A stretch of DNA of 45,749 bases, taken from IMG/VR virus record IMGVR_UViG_2534681762_000010. The stretch is one strand, 5' to 3'. Position 1 is the first letter of the stretch. The number at the start of each line of letters is the position of its first letter. The position numbers and the translations under genes are program-made. The notes beneath the pieces were generated by a model, which saw only the letters and a program-made list of their open reading frames with translations, was not told the DNA's origin and searched no databases. This document shows positions 20,715 through 32,537 of the stretch, one piece after another. This stretch comes from a virus (Duplodnaviria; Heunggongvirae; Uroviricota; Caudoviricetes).

Positions 20715-21277
20715 AACCTCAGTTGTTGTTTCAGTGCATACCCCAGCTGTTTCGGCATTTCCGCAGCAATGATGTGGTCGCGGGCATCTTCAAATGCCTG
20801 TGTCAGCGGTCCGGACAGCGGGATTTTCACCACATCAATGGGGTAACGATTTTTGCCATCAATACGCCGCATCACATGCCAGCGACCATTCGCCAGTTGC
20901 TGAATAAACGCATCCCGGAAAAGATATTTACCCACCTTCAGCACACTGCCACGGTACTGCAGTTTTCCACCACGCCGGGCCAGTCTGACCCGGGCTGTCC
21001 CCAGCTTAATGGCGGGCAGATTGCCCCGGTTAACGCGGATCCTGGCCGTCATTTTTCCTGACGGACTGGCTTTAAACACCCGGACACGCTGACGTACCAG
21101 TTTCAGGGGGATCCCTTTCACCTGGTTATCTCCCGCAACGGTATTCCCGGCAACCTGCCGGGTGGCAACCGAGACCGCTTTCTGTGCCACACGGTTTATC
21201 GCCCATGCGCTGGCCTGTGGCACCATACGGGTATCAAGGCGGTTCAGATTGCGGATGGCATTCTCAAGCCCCTTCAT
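20699..21277 (-). CDS. Z: tail completion protein Z
   Basis: 192 aa, MKGLENAIRNLN... as lambda Z; lies upstream of U. Confidence 0.85.
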   Translation of the reverse strand: MKGLENAIRNLNRLDTRMVPQASAWAINRVAQKAVSVATRQVAGNTVAGDNQVKGIPLKLVRQRVRVFKASPSGKMTARIRVNRGNLPAIKLGTARVRLARRGGKLQYRGSVLKVGKYLFRDAFIQQLANGRWHVMRRIDGKNRYPIDVVKIPLSGPLTQAFEDARDHIIAAEMPKQLGYALKQQLRLWLTR

Positions 21278-21288
21278 CCCACACCTCT

Positions 21289-21564
21289 TTACTCAATAAA
21301 GATCATTGGCTTACCGTTAAAACGTTCATGCCGTGTGACCGTCCATTGTTGTCCGTCATAAACAACGCGATCCCCGCGCCGTGGGCGGTATCCCGAAGAA
21401 AACACCACCAGAGAGACCGCAGGTCCGGACAGAGCATTCAGCTCTGCCAGTGTTTCGCCCGGGATCACAGCCATATCGACATCATTAATCGAGGCTGTCT
21501 TTCCCATCTTTCTGACCGTGATCGCATCCATACGCGCTGCCAGCCGGGAAAAAGGATCAGACAT
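21289..21564 (-). CDS. putative head-tail joining / head completion protein
   Basis: 91-aa ORF between head and tail modules; call by position only. Confidence 0.45.
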   Translation of the reverse strand: MSDPFSRLAARMDAITVRKMGKTASINDVDMAVIPGETLAELNALSGPAVSLVVFSSGYRPRRGDRVVYDGQQWTVTRHERFNGKPMIFIE

Positions 21565-21880
21565 TGAGTTTTACCGGCACTTCTTCTGCACTGGTTCCGG
21601 CATCTGCCCAGACAACCCCGACCAGCGGATCAGAGCCGCTGTTAGTCAGCTGAACTTTTCCGGACTTCAGATAAACCTTCTTACCCGTTTTCATGTCATC
21701 CGTTTTCAGTTTAGGCAGGATAAACACACCTTCGGTCATGCCGTCGCCTGTTTCACCCTGTGGAATATCGGTCAGCGCCACCGCAAAAACATCACCCACC
21801 TGCACCAGATCTCCGCTGCTGATGGCTGCACTGGCAACAATCGCCACCGTTTTTCCTTCTTCTACAAAATTCTTTGCCAT
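21557..21880 (-). CDS. small head-associated protein (DUF2190-like, possible decoration/cement protein)
   Basis: 107 aa from ATG 21880 with GGAGA SD; directly downstream of capsid gene. Confidence 0.45.
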   Translation of the reverse strand: MAKNFVEEGKTVAIVASAAISSGDLVQVGDVFAVALTDIPQGETGDGMTEGVFILPKLKTDDMKTGKKVYLKSGKVQLTNSGSDPLVGVVWADAGTSAEEVPVKLNV

Positions 21881-21966
21881 AACTGTCTCCGCACAGCCCC
21901 GTTCAGAGGCTGATTTCAGGTACAAAAAAAGCCCTTACGGGCCATCAGAGTTGTTGTCTGCGACGT

Positions 21967-23925
21967 TTACGCCGTACATTTCACCAGACCGCGGTGATCA
22001 ACTGGCGCGACACCGGCGTCAATACGCACTTTCGTTGTCACGCCATCCACACTGAAGCCCTCCATCTGATCAATATATGGCGTATCCACACCGTTGAGAT
22101 AAGCCACTTCAATCGTATCGGAGCCTTTGGACGCAGCCAGGTAGAAGGTGGTCTGGCTGTTATCATCAAGACGAGGCTCTGCAATAACGGTCGCAAAATC
22201 TTTCACCGGGTTAATAATACCGGCGTTAATGTCAGCCCCCTTGACACTTGAGGAGCGAATGACCTGGTTAGCAACAGACTCCATCGCCGTCGGTACCAGT
22301 ACGAACGCAGGACGAATATTCAGATGACGCTCCCCCTCTTTCTGAACGCGCATCAACTGGCGGGCTTTATCCAGCGATGCCACGTCCATTGCAGCGCTCT
22401 CCAGTACGTTTGCATGTTTCGCTTTATCGAACAGACTTACATTATCTGTGGAGATTTTCGGGTTAGACGTCAGAATGGCATAAACCAGATCGGCAATGGT
22501 GGATTTCGCCGCACGGCCCAGCTTCATCGGGACATCGGTCAGCATATTCAGATCATCATTGATAATGGCCTGACGGGTGATACTGAACAGCTCGCCATAG
22601 GTCGCCAGTGCAATAGTGGCCTGTTTATCTCCGGTGGTGACGTATTTATATTCCGCCCCTTCACGCACCTGACGCAGAGCACTGAAGCCCCCCATACCCA
22701 CACGATGGGCAATTTTAAAATCAGACAACTGACCTTTCCGCGTCCACTGTTCATAGGTTTCAGGAGCATCTTCCCAGCCCTGCAGAATGGCTTTGTTCGC
22801 AACATCCAGCAGAATATTACCGAAGTCAGACGTACTGTGTGTGAACGCCGCACCGACCATCTGCATCGGGTTATAACTGGAAACCCCAATACCCCGTTCA
22901 GTCAGTGACATACGGGCATATTCACGCAGGGTCATCCCGTTGTAGACATTATCACGTTCGGTTTTTTCAAATCCGGCACGCGCCATCAGCGCCTGGCGGA
23001 TCCCGTCCCCCACAAAATTACCGTTACCGGCATAAATATGAGCCGGGGTATTTTTATTGGATGGCGTGGACTCGCGCCCCATCTCGTTCAACAGCTTTTC
23101 GCGGGCCTGCTCCAGCGAACATTCAGGATCGGCAAGACACTGAGCCTGCAGAGTCTGATAACGCCCGCCAAACATGGCAAACAGATCATTAATACCGTTT
23201 ACACGCGCTTTTTGCTCTGCCAGTACCTGCGCACGGATACTGTTTTCATCCACCACGGGTGCTGCTGCCTGCACTGGCGTCCGGGGTGCTGCTGGTTCAT
23301 CATCCTGTACGCGTGGAGCACTGTTGCGTGGCGGAGTAATCATGTTTCGAATGGATTCCGGCATCTTTTTAAATTCCTCTGTACGTTTTGACTGAATACA
23401 TGCCATTGCCTTAACGGCTGGCGTTACCTGATCAGCAAATCCATGTGCCAGACATTCGGCACCGGACATCCAGGTCTCATCCGCCAGCATGGCAGCAATT
23501 TCATCGGTGGTTTTCCCGGTTTTCTGTGCATAAGCGGGTAACAGAACCGCCTCAACTTTATCGAGCAGGTCGGCATAGGTGCGCATGTCCTCCGCATCAC
23601 CGCCCGTAAAGCCAAATGGTTTATGAATCATCATGAAAGTGTTTTCCGGCATAATGACCGGGTTTCCCACCATCGCAATGACCGACGCCATTGACGCCGC
23701 CACACCGTCGACATAAACGGTAATGGACGCACCATGTGTTTTCAGCGCATTAAAAATGGCGATGCCTTCAAAGACATCGCCACCCGGTGAATTAATATGG
23801 AGATTAATGTGGGTGATATCGCCCAGTGCATTCAGATCACTGATAAACTGCTTCGCTGTAACACCCCAGAAACCAATCTCGTCATAAATATAAATATCCG
23901 CGTCACTCTGGTGACCAGCCTGCAT
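21967..23925 (-). CDS. fused ClpP-like prohead protease / scaffold / HK97-fold major capsid protein
   Basis: N-terminal ClpP motifs (INSPGGDV, Ser/His/Asp context), long linker, C-terminal HK97-like capsid domain in one frame; ATG 23925 follows the portal stop. Confidence 0.85.
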   Translation of the reverse strand: MQAGHQSDADIYIYDEIGFWGVTAKQFISDLNALGDITHINLHINSPGGDVFEGIAIFNALKTHGASITVYVDGVAASMASVIAMVGNPVIMPENTFMMIHKPFGFTGGDAEDMRTYADLLDKVEAVLLPAYAQKTGKTTDEIAAMLADETWMSGAECLAHGFADQVTPAVKAMACIQSKRTEEFKKMPESIRNMITPPRNSAPRVQDDEPAAPRTPVQAAAPVVDENSIRAQVLAEQKARVNGINDLFAMFGGRYQTLQAQCLADPECSLEQAREKLLNEMGRESTPSNKNTPAHIYAGNGNFVGDGIRQALMARAGFEKTERDNVYNGMTLREYARMSLTERGIGVSSYNPMQMVGAAFTHSTSDFGNILLDVANKAILQGWEDAPETYEQWTRKGQLSDFKIAHRVGMGGFSALRQVREGAEYKYVTTGDKQATIALATYGELFSITRQAIINDDLNMLTDVPMKLGRAAKSTIADLVYAILTSNPKISTDNVSLFDKAKHANVLESAAMDVASLDKARQLMRVQKEGERHLNIRPAFVLVPTAMESVANQVIRSSSVKGADINAGIINPVKDFATVIAEPRLDDNSQTTFYLAASKGSDTIEVAYLNGVDTPYIDQMEGFSVDGVTTKVRIDAGVAPVDHRGLVKCTA

Positions 23926-23938
23926 CCTGAACCAGGAA

Positions 23939-25447
23939 TTATTCTTCGGACTGGTCGTCGGTGTGCTGCGGCTCCTGTCGTTTCGTTGCGGCACTGCTGC
24001 CTCCTTTATCACTGGCCGGATCGGTATCAAATACCAGATCCAGCTTGCGGTTTTCATCAATTTCGGCCTTGCGCCGACGTTTGACATCATCCGGATTACG
24101 ACCACCAGCACGTACCCAGTCTGATTCTGTCGCCGCTCCACCACGAATCTGGATTTTCCAGGCCTCAGCCTCCTTAACAGGGTCAATCCACGGCATCACT
24201 GGTCCGGAATACACCGCGGTATACAGTGAAGAACGGTCAAGATCGCGGGGTAGCCTGATAACACCGGATGCCACAGCCTGTTTCAGCCAGGCACGATACA
24301 TCGGGCGGGTGACGGCACCAATAAACCAGTCCTGCAGGATCAGGTAGCCATCAGTGGACTCAACCAGTTCCTGACGCTGGGCGCTGTAAGTGCCGTTATA
24401 GTTGCGTGCCGTACTGGAAAAACTCAGACGACTGCCCGCCGCCACGGCACGCAACTGACCATTACGAAAAGTTTCAAGGTTAGGATTGGGACGATCCGAC
24501 TTCACCATTCCGATTTCTTCGCCGGGTTTCAGATCGTCGTAAATAATGCCTGGCTGAATGGTAAGCTCGCGTTCATTCTCCTTGCTGTCATTACCATCCG
24601 TTTCATAGCTCTGTCCGTCGCCTTTCCGGATGTACATCCCCAGAGCAGCGGCGATCCTTGCTGCAGTCAGCTCAGAATCTTCATACTCTTTCAGGGCGCT
24701 GAGGCGGATCAGCACACCGGACAATAAAGACGTCCCGCGCATCTGGTGCAGACGGCGAACAAATTTAAGATGCAGCATTCGCTCTGCATCCACTTCTTTG
24801 GTTTCCATCTGCCGTCCGGATACAGGACGACTTTTATACACCAGATATTTTTCGGGACGCCCCCAGTCATCAACAAACACGCCCTGATTCAGCCTGTTGC
24901 TCTCATCACTGGTCATGGGAATAAAGTCCGGCTCGAGCGCCTCCAGCCAGAAATGAACACCGGCAGAAGGCGTCAGGCTGTTTATGCGCCCGGAAACCAT
25001 CTGGGCAAACACCTCACCATCGCGCAGCCAGGTACGCAGCATCAGACGTTCCAGCATCGGACGGGTAAACTGCCCGGTGACTTCCGGACTGACAGACCAT
25101 TCACTCCATCGGGTACGTATCTCCGCTGCCAGGTCACGGGCAATGGCACCATTGCGTAATACCGGATGTGGCTCGACAATAATCCCGTTTTTCCCCACCA
25201 CCCGTTCTTCCAGCTTGTCAAATACACCAATGACCAGATCGTGGTTGTTATCAAGGTAACGGGCCTGCTCACGTAACGACACGGCCCCGTACTGGCTTAA
25301 CTGGTCGGCAGTTCGGTTCTCCCGTCGGGCTTTGTGTGTCCGCGTCGTTTTTACGGCCTCATAAGCCTGGATCACCGCTCGGGAACGCAGCCTTGCCGCT
25401 TTCCATCCTGGTGAAAAAACGCCAATCACATCATCAAGAATTGCCAT
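23939..25447 (-). CDS. portal protein (lambda-B-like family)
   Basis: 502 aa from ATG 25447; position between the W-like gene and the capsid gene. Confidence 0.85.
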   Translation of the reverse strand: MAILDDVIGVFSPGWKAARLRSRAVIQAYEAVKTTRTHKARRENRTADQLSQYGAVSLREQARYLDNNHDLVIGVFDKLEERVVGKNGIIVEPHPVLRNGAIARDLAAEIRTRWSEWSVSPEVTGQFTRPMLERLMLRTWLRDGEVFAQMVSGRINSLTPSAGVHFWLEALEPDFIPMTSDESNRLNQGVFVDDWGRPEKYLVYKSRPVSGRQMETKEVDAERMLHLKFVRRLHQMRGTSLLSGVLIRLSALKEYEDSELTAARIAAALGMYIRKGDGQSYETDGNDSKENERELTIQPGIIYDDLKPGEEIGMVKSDRPNPNLETFRNGQLRAVAAGSRLSFSSTARNYNGTYSAQRQELVESTDGYLILQDWFIGAVTRPMYRAWLKQAVASGVIRLPRDLDRSSLYTAVYSGPVMPWIDPVKEAEAWKIQIRGGAATESDWVRAGGRNPDDVKRRRKAEIDENRKLDLVFDTDPASDKGGSSAATKRQEPQHTDDQSEE

Positions 25448-25659
25448 CAGAACCTCGCCAGCCGGTACCCGGGATGCCCCCGTCGTCGTGTAATCAGAGC
25501 CGCAAGGCGGCGCTCCCACTCCTGCCGCCCCTGCCGGATCTCAGATAAGTTTTCCATGGTCATCTGCTGACCATTAAAAGTGACGGATTTTCCGTCCAGC
25601 ACCGCCATTTCAGCTTCCGTATAACGCTGAATCATGGCTTCAATATCATTCTGATTCAT
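25447..25659 (-). CDS. gpW-like head-tail joining protein
   Basis: about 70 aa ending ...RRRGHPGYRLARF, similar to lambda W C-terminus; GGAGG SD before ATG 25659. Confidence 0.6.
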   Translation of the reverse strand: MNQNDIEAMIQRYTEAEMAVLDGKSVTFNGQQMTMENLSEIRQGRQEWERRLAALITRRRGHPGYRLARF

Positions 25660-27758
25660 AACCATCCTCCGGAAGTCAGCCAGGGGTTAACATCGTCAGT
25701 TACTGTTTTCTTCCGTTTTTGTTTTTTAACAGGCGTGGATACCGGTTCCGGTGTGGGTGACGGTTCGGTACTGTCCGGGACACACTCCAGCCAGGTTTCC
25801 CGGCTCGCCCACTCCGGTGCATCCGGCCAGCGGATCTTTTCGTATCCATGCAGAATGACCAGAGCCTCGGCATACACCATCAGGTCAAAAGCTTCGTTGG
25901 CACCGCGACCCGGCTTACTCCATTTCCCGTCACTGCTCCGCTCTTCATACGTCAGTTCGTCGTAAAACCAGCTCCCCAGCCAGTCAGGGAAATGCACATA
26001 GCCGGGACCTGGCGAGTCACGCCATAACGCGTTATTCACCCGGTCTTTCAGGGCATCCGTCTGAAGAAGCCAGAGCGGTACATCACCTGCGGCCTGCGCC
26101 CGTCGGCCCGTTCGTCCGGTGTTATCAGGGAATGTACGGGTGATCAGTTTTGCGCGCCGGATGCTGTCGCCCTTAAACAGGTAAATACGTTTACCAAGGC
26201 CATCACGACGGCAACGACGCCAGAATTTATAGGCATTATCAGTGACCCCGTCTTCACCGCCGGAGTCCACCGCCATTGCCATCAGTCGCATTTGTTGAGA
26301 AGGATCGGAGGCCAGCGGCCAGCTTTTATGAAAAACATCCGTCAGCAGGACATCCCAGTCTTCCGGATAGCTGGCCGGATCAATTCGCTGGCTCTCCCCG
26401 TCGCTGTCACCGCGCAATGACTGCGTGATGTTGTAACGATCAATAATCCAGCGTTCGCCACGGCTGCCATAGCCCGTTACCTGAACCACAAAACGGCGAT
26501 GACGTCCCGCCTGCACATCCACTGTCGCCACAAGGAAATTAACGCCATCCGGCACACTGCGGGAAGGAACTGGCTCTGCCCGCTGCTCAAGCAATTCACT
26601 TTTTCGTTGCTCCATGCTGGCGCGGGGAAGATAAGGTAATCCCCAGTCGGTATTGATAACCGTCTTGAGTGTCTCTTCACTTCCGGTTGTCTCGTATTCC
26701 TGTTCTGCAGTAAGCAGTTTGTAAACGAGTTGCGAGAGTGTCTGATAAGCAGCTGCCGGCCCCTCCATCCAGAATGACGCAATACGTGAACGCCGGGGAT
26801 CACCATAACGACTGCCATCTGCATTGATGGATTCACCATCCCGTAACCAGACCCCACGTCCGTTCAGCTCGCGTTTTTGTTCAGGCAAAATCCGTCCTGA
26901 ACAGGAAGGACACTGAATATAAGCCGCCTCACTTGCCAGCACAGGATCGGCAATATCACGGAAACCAGCAACCACATCGCCGCAGGGCTGAAAATACTCA
27001 CCACAGTGTGGACAGGGCCAGTACCAGCGACGGCGATCGCCACGGTTATAGAGCGACAGGATCCCCGTGGTTGGTGGAGCCTCATGCGGTGAAGTCCGTC
27101 GCCATTTCACATCCTTCACATCCCTGCCGGGGGAACTCTCCACCAGCGTCATACCACTGGACATAAATGTGGTGGTACGTTTTGAGGCAAGAGAGAAGGC
27201 ATCCCCCTCACCATCAATATCTTCCGGAAAACGGTCATAATCCGTCAGCGCCACGCATTTATAATCTGATGAAGACATGATATTGACTGACGGCCAGCCG
27301 ATTTTCAGGTAGTTGCCAGCAAGGAATGTTCTGTCATAAACGTTGTTGTCATTTTTGTTCGGACTCAGGCGACTGACCACTTCCGGGCTGACGCGAAACG
27401 TTCTGGCGAGTCGTTTTTTGGAGTGTTCGCGGGCTTTTTCCTCCGTCATCTGAATGATCAGCATATCAGCAGGATCGCAAATCACGTTGTAAATCACCCA
27501 GCCGTCAATCAGGCCGATAGTCTTGCCGGTTCGTGCCGGGCCAACAAATATCACTGCGTCGTATTCACGCGAGGCCAGGCAGTTCATAGGCTCAATAACA
27601 TACGGTGCCACCAGCGGATCCCACGGGACTGAGTTCCCTGCCCCCATGGGCACCCGCATATACTGAGCAACGGCATCAGCAACCCGCATTCGTCTCGGTG
27701 CGCGAAGGATATAACCTGAATCGGTTCGTGCTGCCTTTGCGGTTTCCTGATTCAGCAT
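25656..27758 (-). CDS. terminase large subunit (lambda gpA-like)
   Basis: 700 aa, Walker A-like VGPARTGKT, CPHCGE zinc motif, nuclease domain. Confidence 0.9.
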   Translation of the reverse strand: MLNQETAKAARTDSGYILRAPRRMRVADAVAQYMRVPMGAGNSVPWDPLVAPYVIEPMNCLASREYDAVIFVGPARTGKTIGLIDGWVIYNVICDPADMLIIQMTEEKAREHSKKRLARTFRVSPEVVSRLSPNKNDNNVYDRTFLAGNYLKIGWPSVNIMSSSDYKCVALTDYDRFPEDIDGEGDAFSLASKRTTTFMSSGMTLVESSPGRDVKDVKWRRTSPHEAPPTTGILSLYNRGDRRRWYWPCPHCGEYFQPCGDVVAGFRDIADPVLASEAAYIQCPSCSGRILPEQKRELNGRGVWLRDGESINADGSRYGDPRRSRIASFWMEGPAAAYQTLSQLVYKLLTAEQEYETTGSEETLKTVINTDWGLPYLPRASMEQRKSELLEQRAEPVPSRSVPDGVNFLVATVDVQAGRHRRFVVQVTGYGSRGERWIIDRYNITQSLRGDSDGESQRIDPASYPEDWDVLLTDVFHKSWPLASDPSQQMRLMAMAVDSGGEDGVTDNAYKFWRRCRRDGLGKRIYLFKGDSIRRAKLITRTFPDNTGRTGRRAQAAGDVPLWLLQTDALKDRVNNALWRDSPGPGYVHFPDWLGSWFYDELTYEERSSDGKWSKPGRGANEAFDLMVYAEALVILHGYEKIRWPDAPEWASRETWLECVPDSTEPSPTPEPVSTPVKKQKRKKTVTDDVNPWLTSGGWL

Positions 27759-28252
27759 TACTCCTCCTGCTGTAATTCCTCCTCATCATCCGCACCTGCT
27801 TCAGTCACCCGCAGGGCTATCTGATCGCGCAGATCATCAATAATGGACTGAACACGGCTCACAGCGGCAGGCTGCAGACCGCAGTCACGTTCAAGAATAT
27901 CCGGTAATGTCTCCAGCACCTGCACGACCGCTTTTGCCCAGATGGCAAACTCCCGTCTGACATCACTGGCCGGAATGAGTTGTGCCGTTTCCTGTTCGAA
28001 CTTAAGACGCTCACGTTCAGACTGATACCAGGCTTTGCGCTCATGCGCGTCCATTTCGCCTTCTGCAACCGGCGGTGGTAATGCCAGAAATGCCGACACA
28101 ATATCAACCACCCGATAAAGCTTGAGGTTGCTTTCATGCCCCCCTGCAACGGGTAGATTTTGCAGCCTTGCCGCAGCAGTCTGGCGATGTACACCTGACA
28201 ATGCCGCCAGTTGACTGATATTCAGCGTCAGATTTTTTAACTCTCGATCCAT
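27758..28252 (-). CDS. terminase small subunit (Nu1-like, N-terminal HTH)
   Basis: 164 aa, HTH ISQLAALSGVHRQTAAARL, acidic C-terminus; immediately upstream of terminase large subunit. Confidence 0.7.
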   Translation of the reverse strand: MDRELKNLTLNISQLAALSGVHRQTAAARLQNLPVAGGHESNLKLYRVVDIVSAFLALPPPVAEGEMDAHERKAWYQSERERLKFEQETAQLIPASDVRREFAIWAKAVVQVLETLPDILERDCGLQPAAVSRVQSIIDDLRDQIALRVTEAGADDEEELQQEE

Positions 28253-28423
28253 ACCCGCTCCAGAATGTTTTAAACATGCATCTTGCGAACAACTTTAGGC
28301 AAACGGTGTTAGTGATGAACAAAAAACAATCAGAATCGACACCATAAAAATAAAACAACTGTAATATCAATCAATTACAGTAGTGGTGATGACGAATAAA
28401 ATTTCAAAAACTAGCCTTTTTCC

Positions 28424-28442
28424 GCGACGCTCCCGCCCCGTG
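28424..28442 (-). other. candidate cosN (cohesive end site)
   Basis: minus strand reads CACGGGGCGGGAGCGTCGCGGAAAAA versus lambda ACGGGGCGGCGACCTCGCGGGTTTT; about 180 bp upstream of Nu1-like start as in lambda. Confidence 0.45.
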
Positions 28443-28804
28443 GCAGGGACCCCCACTGGGAGGACCCGACAGCCTGACAACCGTGACGAGCATCTGAAAC
28501 AGAGCTTTACATAATGGCATGGGGATAATTCAGAAGGACATCACAGCATGCCCACACAAATTAGTGTGAGTGTCCTGTTTCTTACTACGCGCAGGACTGA
28601 CGAGCATGAGGGGAAAATACGCGAACCGAAATGCCTTATCTTCAGAAATGCAGCCGGCATCCGAACTGGACGATATTGTAAATTCACCTAAATACGAGGC
28701 ATTGCTGTAGTTGAATTGCAGTACTGTATTAGCCTTACAGTGACAGAATACGATATTGACTCTGTCACTTGTGAAATGGTCAGAATGGTTAGCAGTTATG
28801 GTGA

Positions 28805-29011
28805 TCAGTCAACCACCAGGGAATAATCCTTCGTATTCTTATCGTGCTTTACTAACGCGGCCTCAATTGCCCTGAATGCTTCCAGAGATACTTGATGTTC
28901 TATACATGCAATTACAACATCCGGGTAACCCATCGAAATGGTGCTATTAAGCATAGTTTTTACACGAACCTGCTCCTGGGAGGGGGCATCAGTGTATTGA
29001 TCTTTATGCAT
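28805..29011 (-). CDS. conserved lambdoid late-region small protein, function unknown
   Basis: 68 aa; DNA recognisably similar to the lambda region between Rz and bor. Confidence 0.5.
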   Translation of the reverse strand: MHKDQYTDAPSQEQVRVKTMLNSTISMGYPDVVIACIEHQVSLEAFRAIEAALVKHDKNTKDYSLVVD

Positions 29012-29306
29012 TTTGTCGCTCCATTCGTTTGCTCTTCACTTGCGGCTAAAAATATAACGTCAAATCACTCAGCATGAAAGAGTGAAAGTTTCAGCGCGTT
29101 TCCCTTACATAATCTGTCGTTTGTATTCTCTTCAGGCATACCGGAAAGACTAGGTATTGTCACACAACCAATACCATCGACAATCGAGATTTATATCTAT
29201 TCGGTAATGTTTAAATATAACAAAACCCCGTAAAAACGAGGTTTATGGGTAATTTGTATTGTTGAATAGCATCTGATGAGAAATTGATGCTAATACTATA
29301 AACATG

Positions 29307-29480
29307 CTAGATTAAATCAATCTTGATATCATAGCTTTCAAGACCAGTCATTTTTTCCCGTGCAGTAAACTGGATACTGGTAACTTCTTTCCCGGTCTTT
29401 TTCTTAAGCTCAATGATTTTTTTTGTTATATATTCAGAAATATCTGCTTCTGTTTTTGTTTTTAACTCTTCAATGTTCAT
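29307..29480 (-). CDS. gnsB: Gns-family protein (GnsB-like)
   Basis: MNIEELKTKTEADISEYITKKIIELKKKTGKEVTSIQFTAREKMTGLESYDIKIDLI; GAGG SD. Confidence 0.65.
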   Translation of the reverse strand: MNIEELKTKTEADISEYITKKIIELKKKTGKEVTSIQFTAREKMTGLESYDIKIDLI

Positions 29481-29652
29481 CATTTCCTCTTTTAGTCTGT
29501 TATGACTGTCCTGGTACACAGTAGTGTCAATTATATGGAGCAAACGTATAAAAGATAAGATGAAACATCGCAATAATCAACATACGACGGTCTAAATTTC
29601 ACACAAACAGATAAAGATGATTATCATTTATTATCAATGCATTAGAATCAAA

Positions 29653-29883
29653 TCAATTCAAGAGTCTCATTGCTGCTTCCAGAATTTCTTCTGAAGTTAC
29701 ATGTCGATCCGCTGCTACATAAATGACTTTATGATCTCCGGTCAGAGATGGAAACCCTGCAGCCATTACAGTGAGGTGTGTTGTTTCGCCATTTGGATAT
29801 TCACGCATGATGGTGTTAACTCCGGTCATCACTGGCACTACCATTGCTGGTTCAGAGTTAAAAAAAACTATTATTTTTTTCAT
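29653..29883 (-). CDS. hypothetical small protein
   Basis: 76 aa from ATG 29883; weak SD. Confidence 0.35.
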   Translation of the reverse strand: MKKIIVFFNSEPAMVVPVMTGVNTIMREYPNGETTHLTVMAAGFPSLTGDHKVIYVAADRHVTSEEILEAAMRLLN

Positions 29884-30154
29884 AATGTTACCGTAATATG
29901 TGAGTATCCATCGACTAGACACTAAGCAAAAAAGCTCCCGAAGGAGCCTTCATTTTCACTTTCTTAAATCTAACGACAGATGGCTAACATTTAAGTATTG
30001 TGAAATATTATCAAATGTAATCATCATTGATTTACAAAAGATACATTTTGCCCCGAAAGGATTTCTGTCAGAAACATCAAAAGATGATGTTCTATACTGA
30101 GAACCATGGCAACACGGGCATCTGAAGTGAATATGGTTTGTAATATTTTCTACC

Positions 30155-30367
30155 TCAAAGTGCCACTACATGAACAGCTGCAGGGCCTTTAGGTCCGTTC
30201 TCAATACCAAATTCGACTTCCTGATTCTCAGTTAACGTTTTGAAATCGTTGCTCTGAATAGCTGAGAAATGCACAAACACATCTTTGCTACCATCTTTCG
30301 GCGTGATGAAACCAAAACCTTTTTCAGGGTTAAACCATTTCACTAAACCAGTCATTTTGTTAGACAT
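30155..30367 (-). CDS. cspI: cold-shock protein (CspI/CspB-like)
   Basis: [23 protein letters not shown]... with RNP motifs; long AT-rich 5' UTR upstream. Confidence 0.75.
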   Translation of the reverse strand: MSNKMTGLVKWFNPEKGFGFITPKDGSKDVFVHFSAIQSNDFKTLTENQEVEFGIENGPKGPAAVHVVAL

Positions 30368-30730
30368 CATTATTACCTTTTGAAGAAGTTAGCCCTTGGG
30401 CAGAATGGTCCGAAAAAAAATATCAGAGAGAAAAACCAACAAGGAAATCTCAAGAGGTACAAATAATAAAATTATAACAATGACTGCTTCAGATAATTTT
30501 GTAACAAACCAGAACACCATTAACGCATGATTAACCAACCATAGCAAGGATTACTTTTGTAAAGAAAAACACACGAATGAAACAATAGCTTTATTTATTA
30601 ATAAAACGTGTCATTCTGTCTAATGACCTTTTATCTTACCCTTAAGATTTCAAGGATTTTGACTCATGGAAGAGTCCTTTTTATTTAAATTTCACATTCA
30701 GCGCTAAAAATAATCCGATTTAATATTAAT

Positions 30731-31754
<1,024 letters not shown>

Positions 31755-31758
<4 letters not shown>

Positions 31759-32066
31759 AGATATTTATGATGAGGACGCTCGTGCTTATTGGCAGGATTT
31801 TCAATCTTAAAGGAGTACTGATGCTGCAGATAAGACTCAACTTTTTCTGACAATTTTTCTGCTACTTCCAGGAAGACTTGCCGGACGCTCATTCTGGCTG
31901 CTGCCTCATAAAACTCCAGCGCAGCTCCTTCAACACGGTCCATGGCGACATCCAGGCCAAAAATTTCACCGTCAAAGCGTTCTTTGTCCTGTAAGGCTAC
32001 AGTTACCGTAACTTTATTCTCAAAATTACGGACTCCTTTCACAACCAGTTCATAGTCTTGAGTCAT
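31755..32066 (-). CDS. YdfR-like protein between holin and lysozyme
   Basis: 103 aa; position identical to ydfR in the Qin lysis cassette. Confidence 0.5.
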
Positions 32067-32070
32067 TGGA

Positions 32071-32286
32071 TTACTCTCCTCTCGCAGCCTTACGCCTGTC
32101 TTCTTTAATCTTGAAATAAAGATTTGTCAGGTACGTCAGCAGGCCAAATACCAGGCTACCCAGCACACCTATTGCTGCCCACTGTGAGGGCGTGACTTTA
32201 TCGAGCAGCTGTAAAAACCAGTAGCCAGCACTGCCTGCGGAGGTGCCGTAGGCAATGCCTGTTGAAATTTTGTCCATGGATTTCAT
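32071..32286 (-). CDS. class II holin / pinholin (S21 family) with dual start
   Basis: [26 protein letters not shown]... two TM helices; GGAGG SD 7 nt upstream of ATG 32286. Confidence 0.8.
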   Translation of the reverse strand: MKSMDKISTGIAYGTSAGSAGYWFLQLLDKVTPSQWAAIGVLGSLVFGLLTYLTNLYFKIKEDRRKAARGE

Positions 32287-32385
32287 AGCCTCACCTCCGC
32301 ACGGAACGGATGGCATAGTTATTATGTGTAGGCTTCCAGACACATCAATCAGAGCCTTAATTGATATATATGCTGGAGACGATGC

Positions 32386-32412
32386 AATATAAAAAGCTCG
32401 CCGTAGCGAGCT
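32386..32412 (-). terminator. putative intrinsic terminator ending the lipoprotein moron
   Basis: AGCTCGC-cgta-GCGAGCT hairpin followed by TTTTTAT on minus strand. Confidence 0.5.
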
Positions 32413-32537
32413 AATAAAATGTATTTCTCTGATATTATGTTTATTTGTATTAGCTCAGACTTGACATCACAGGTTTCGTATATAGAACATCATCAAATCT
32501 GTCAGTTTGCTATGAATGAGATATAGTAATTGAAGAG

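Noticed and set aside
28548-28710. Small plus-strand ORFs (47 aa and 34 aa) between cos and the 68-aa gene
   Set aside because: Weak ribosome-binding sites and no recognisable family; kept out of the feature list
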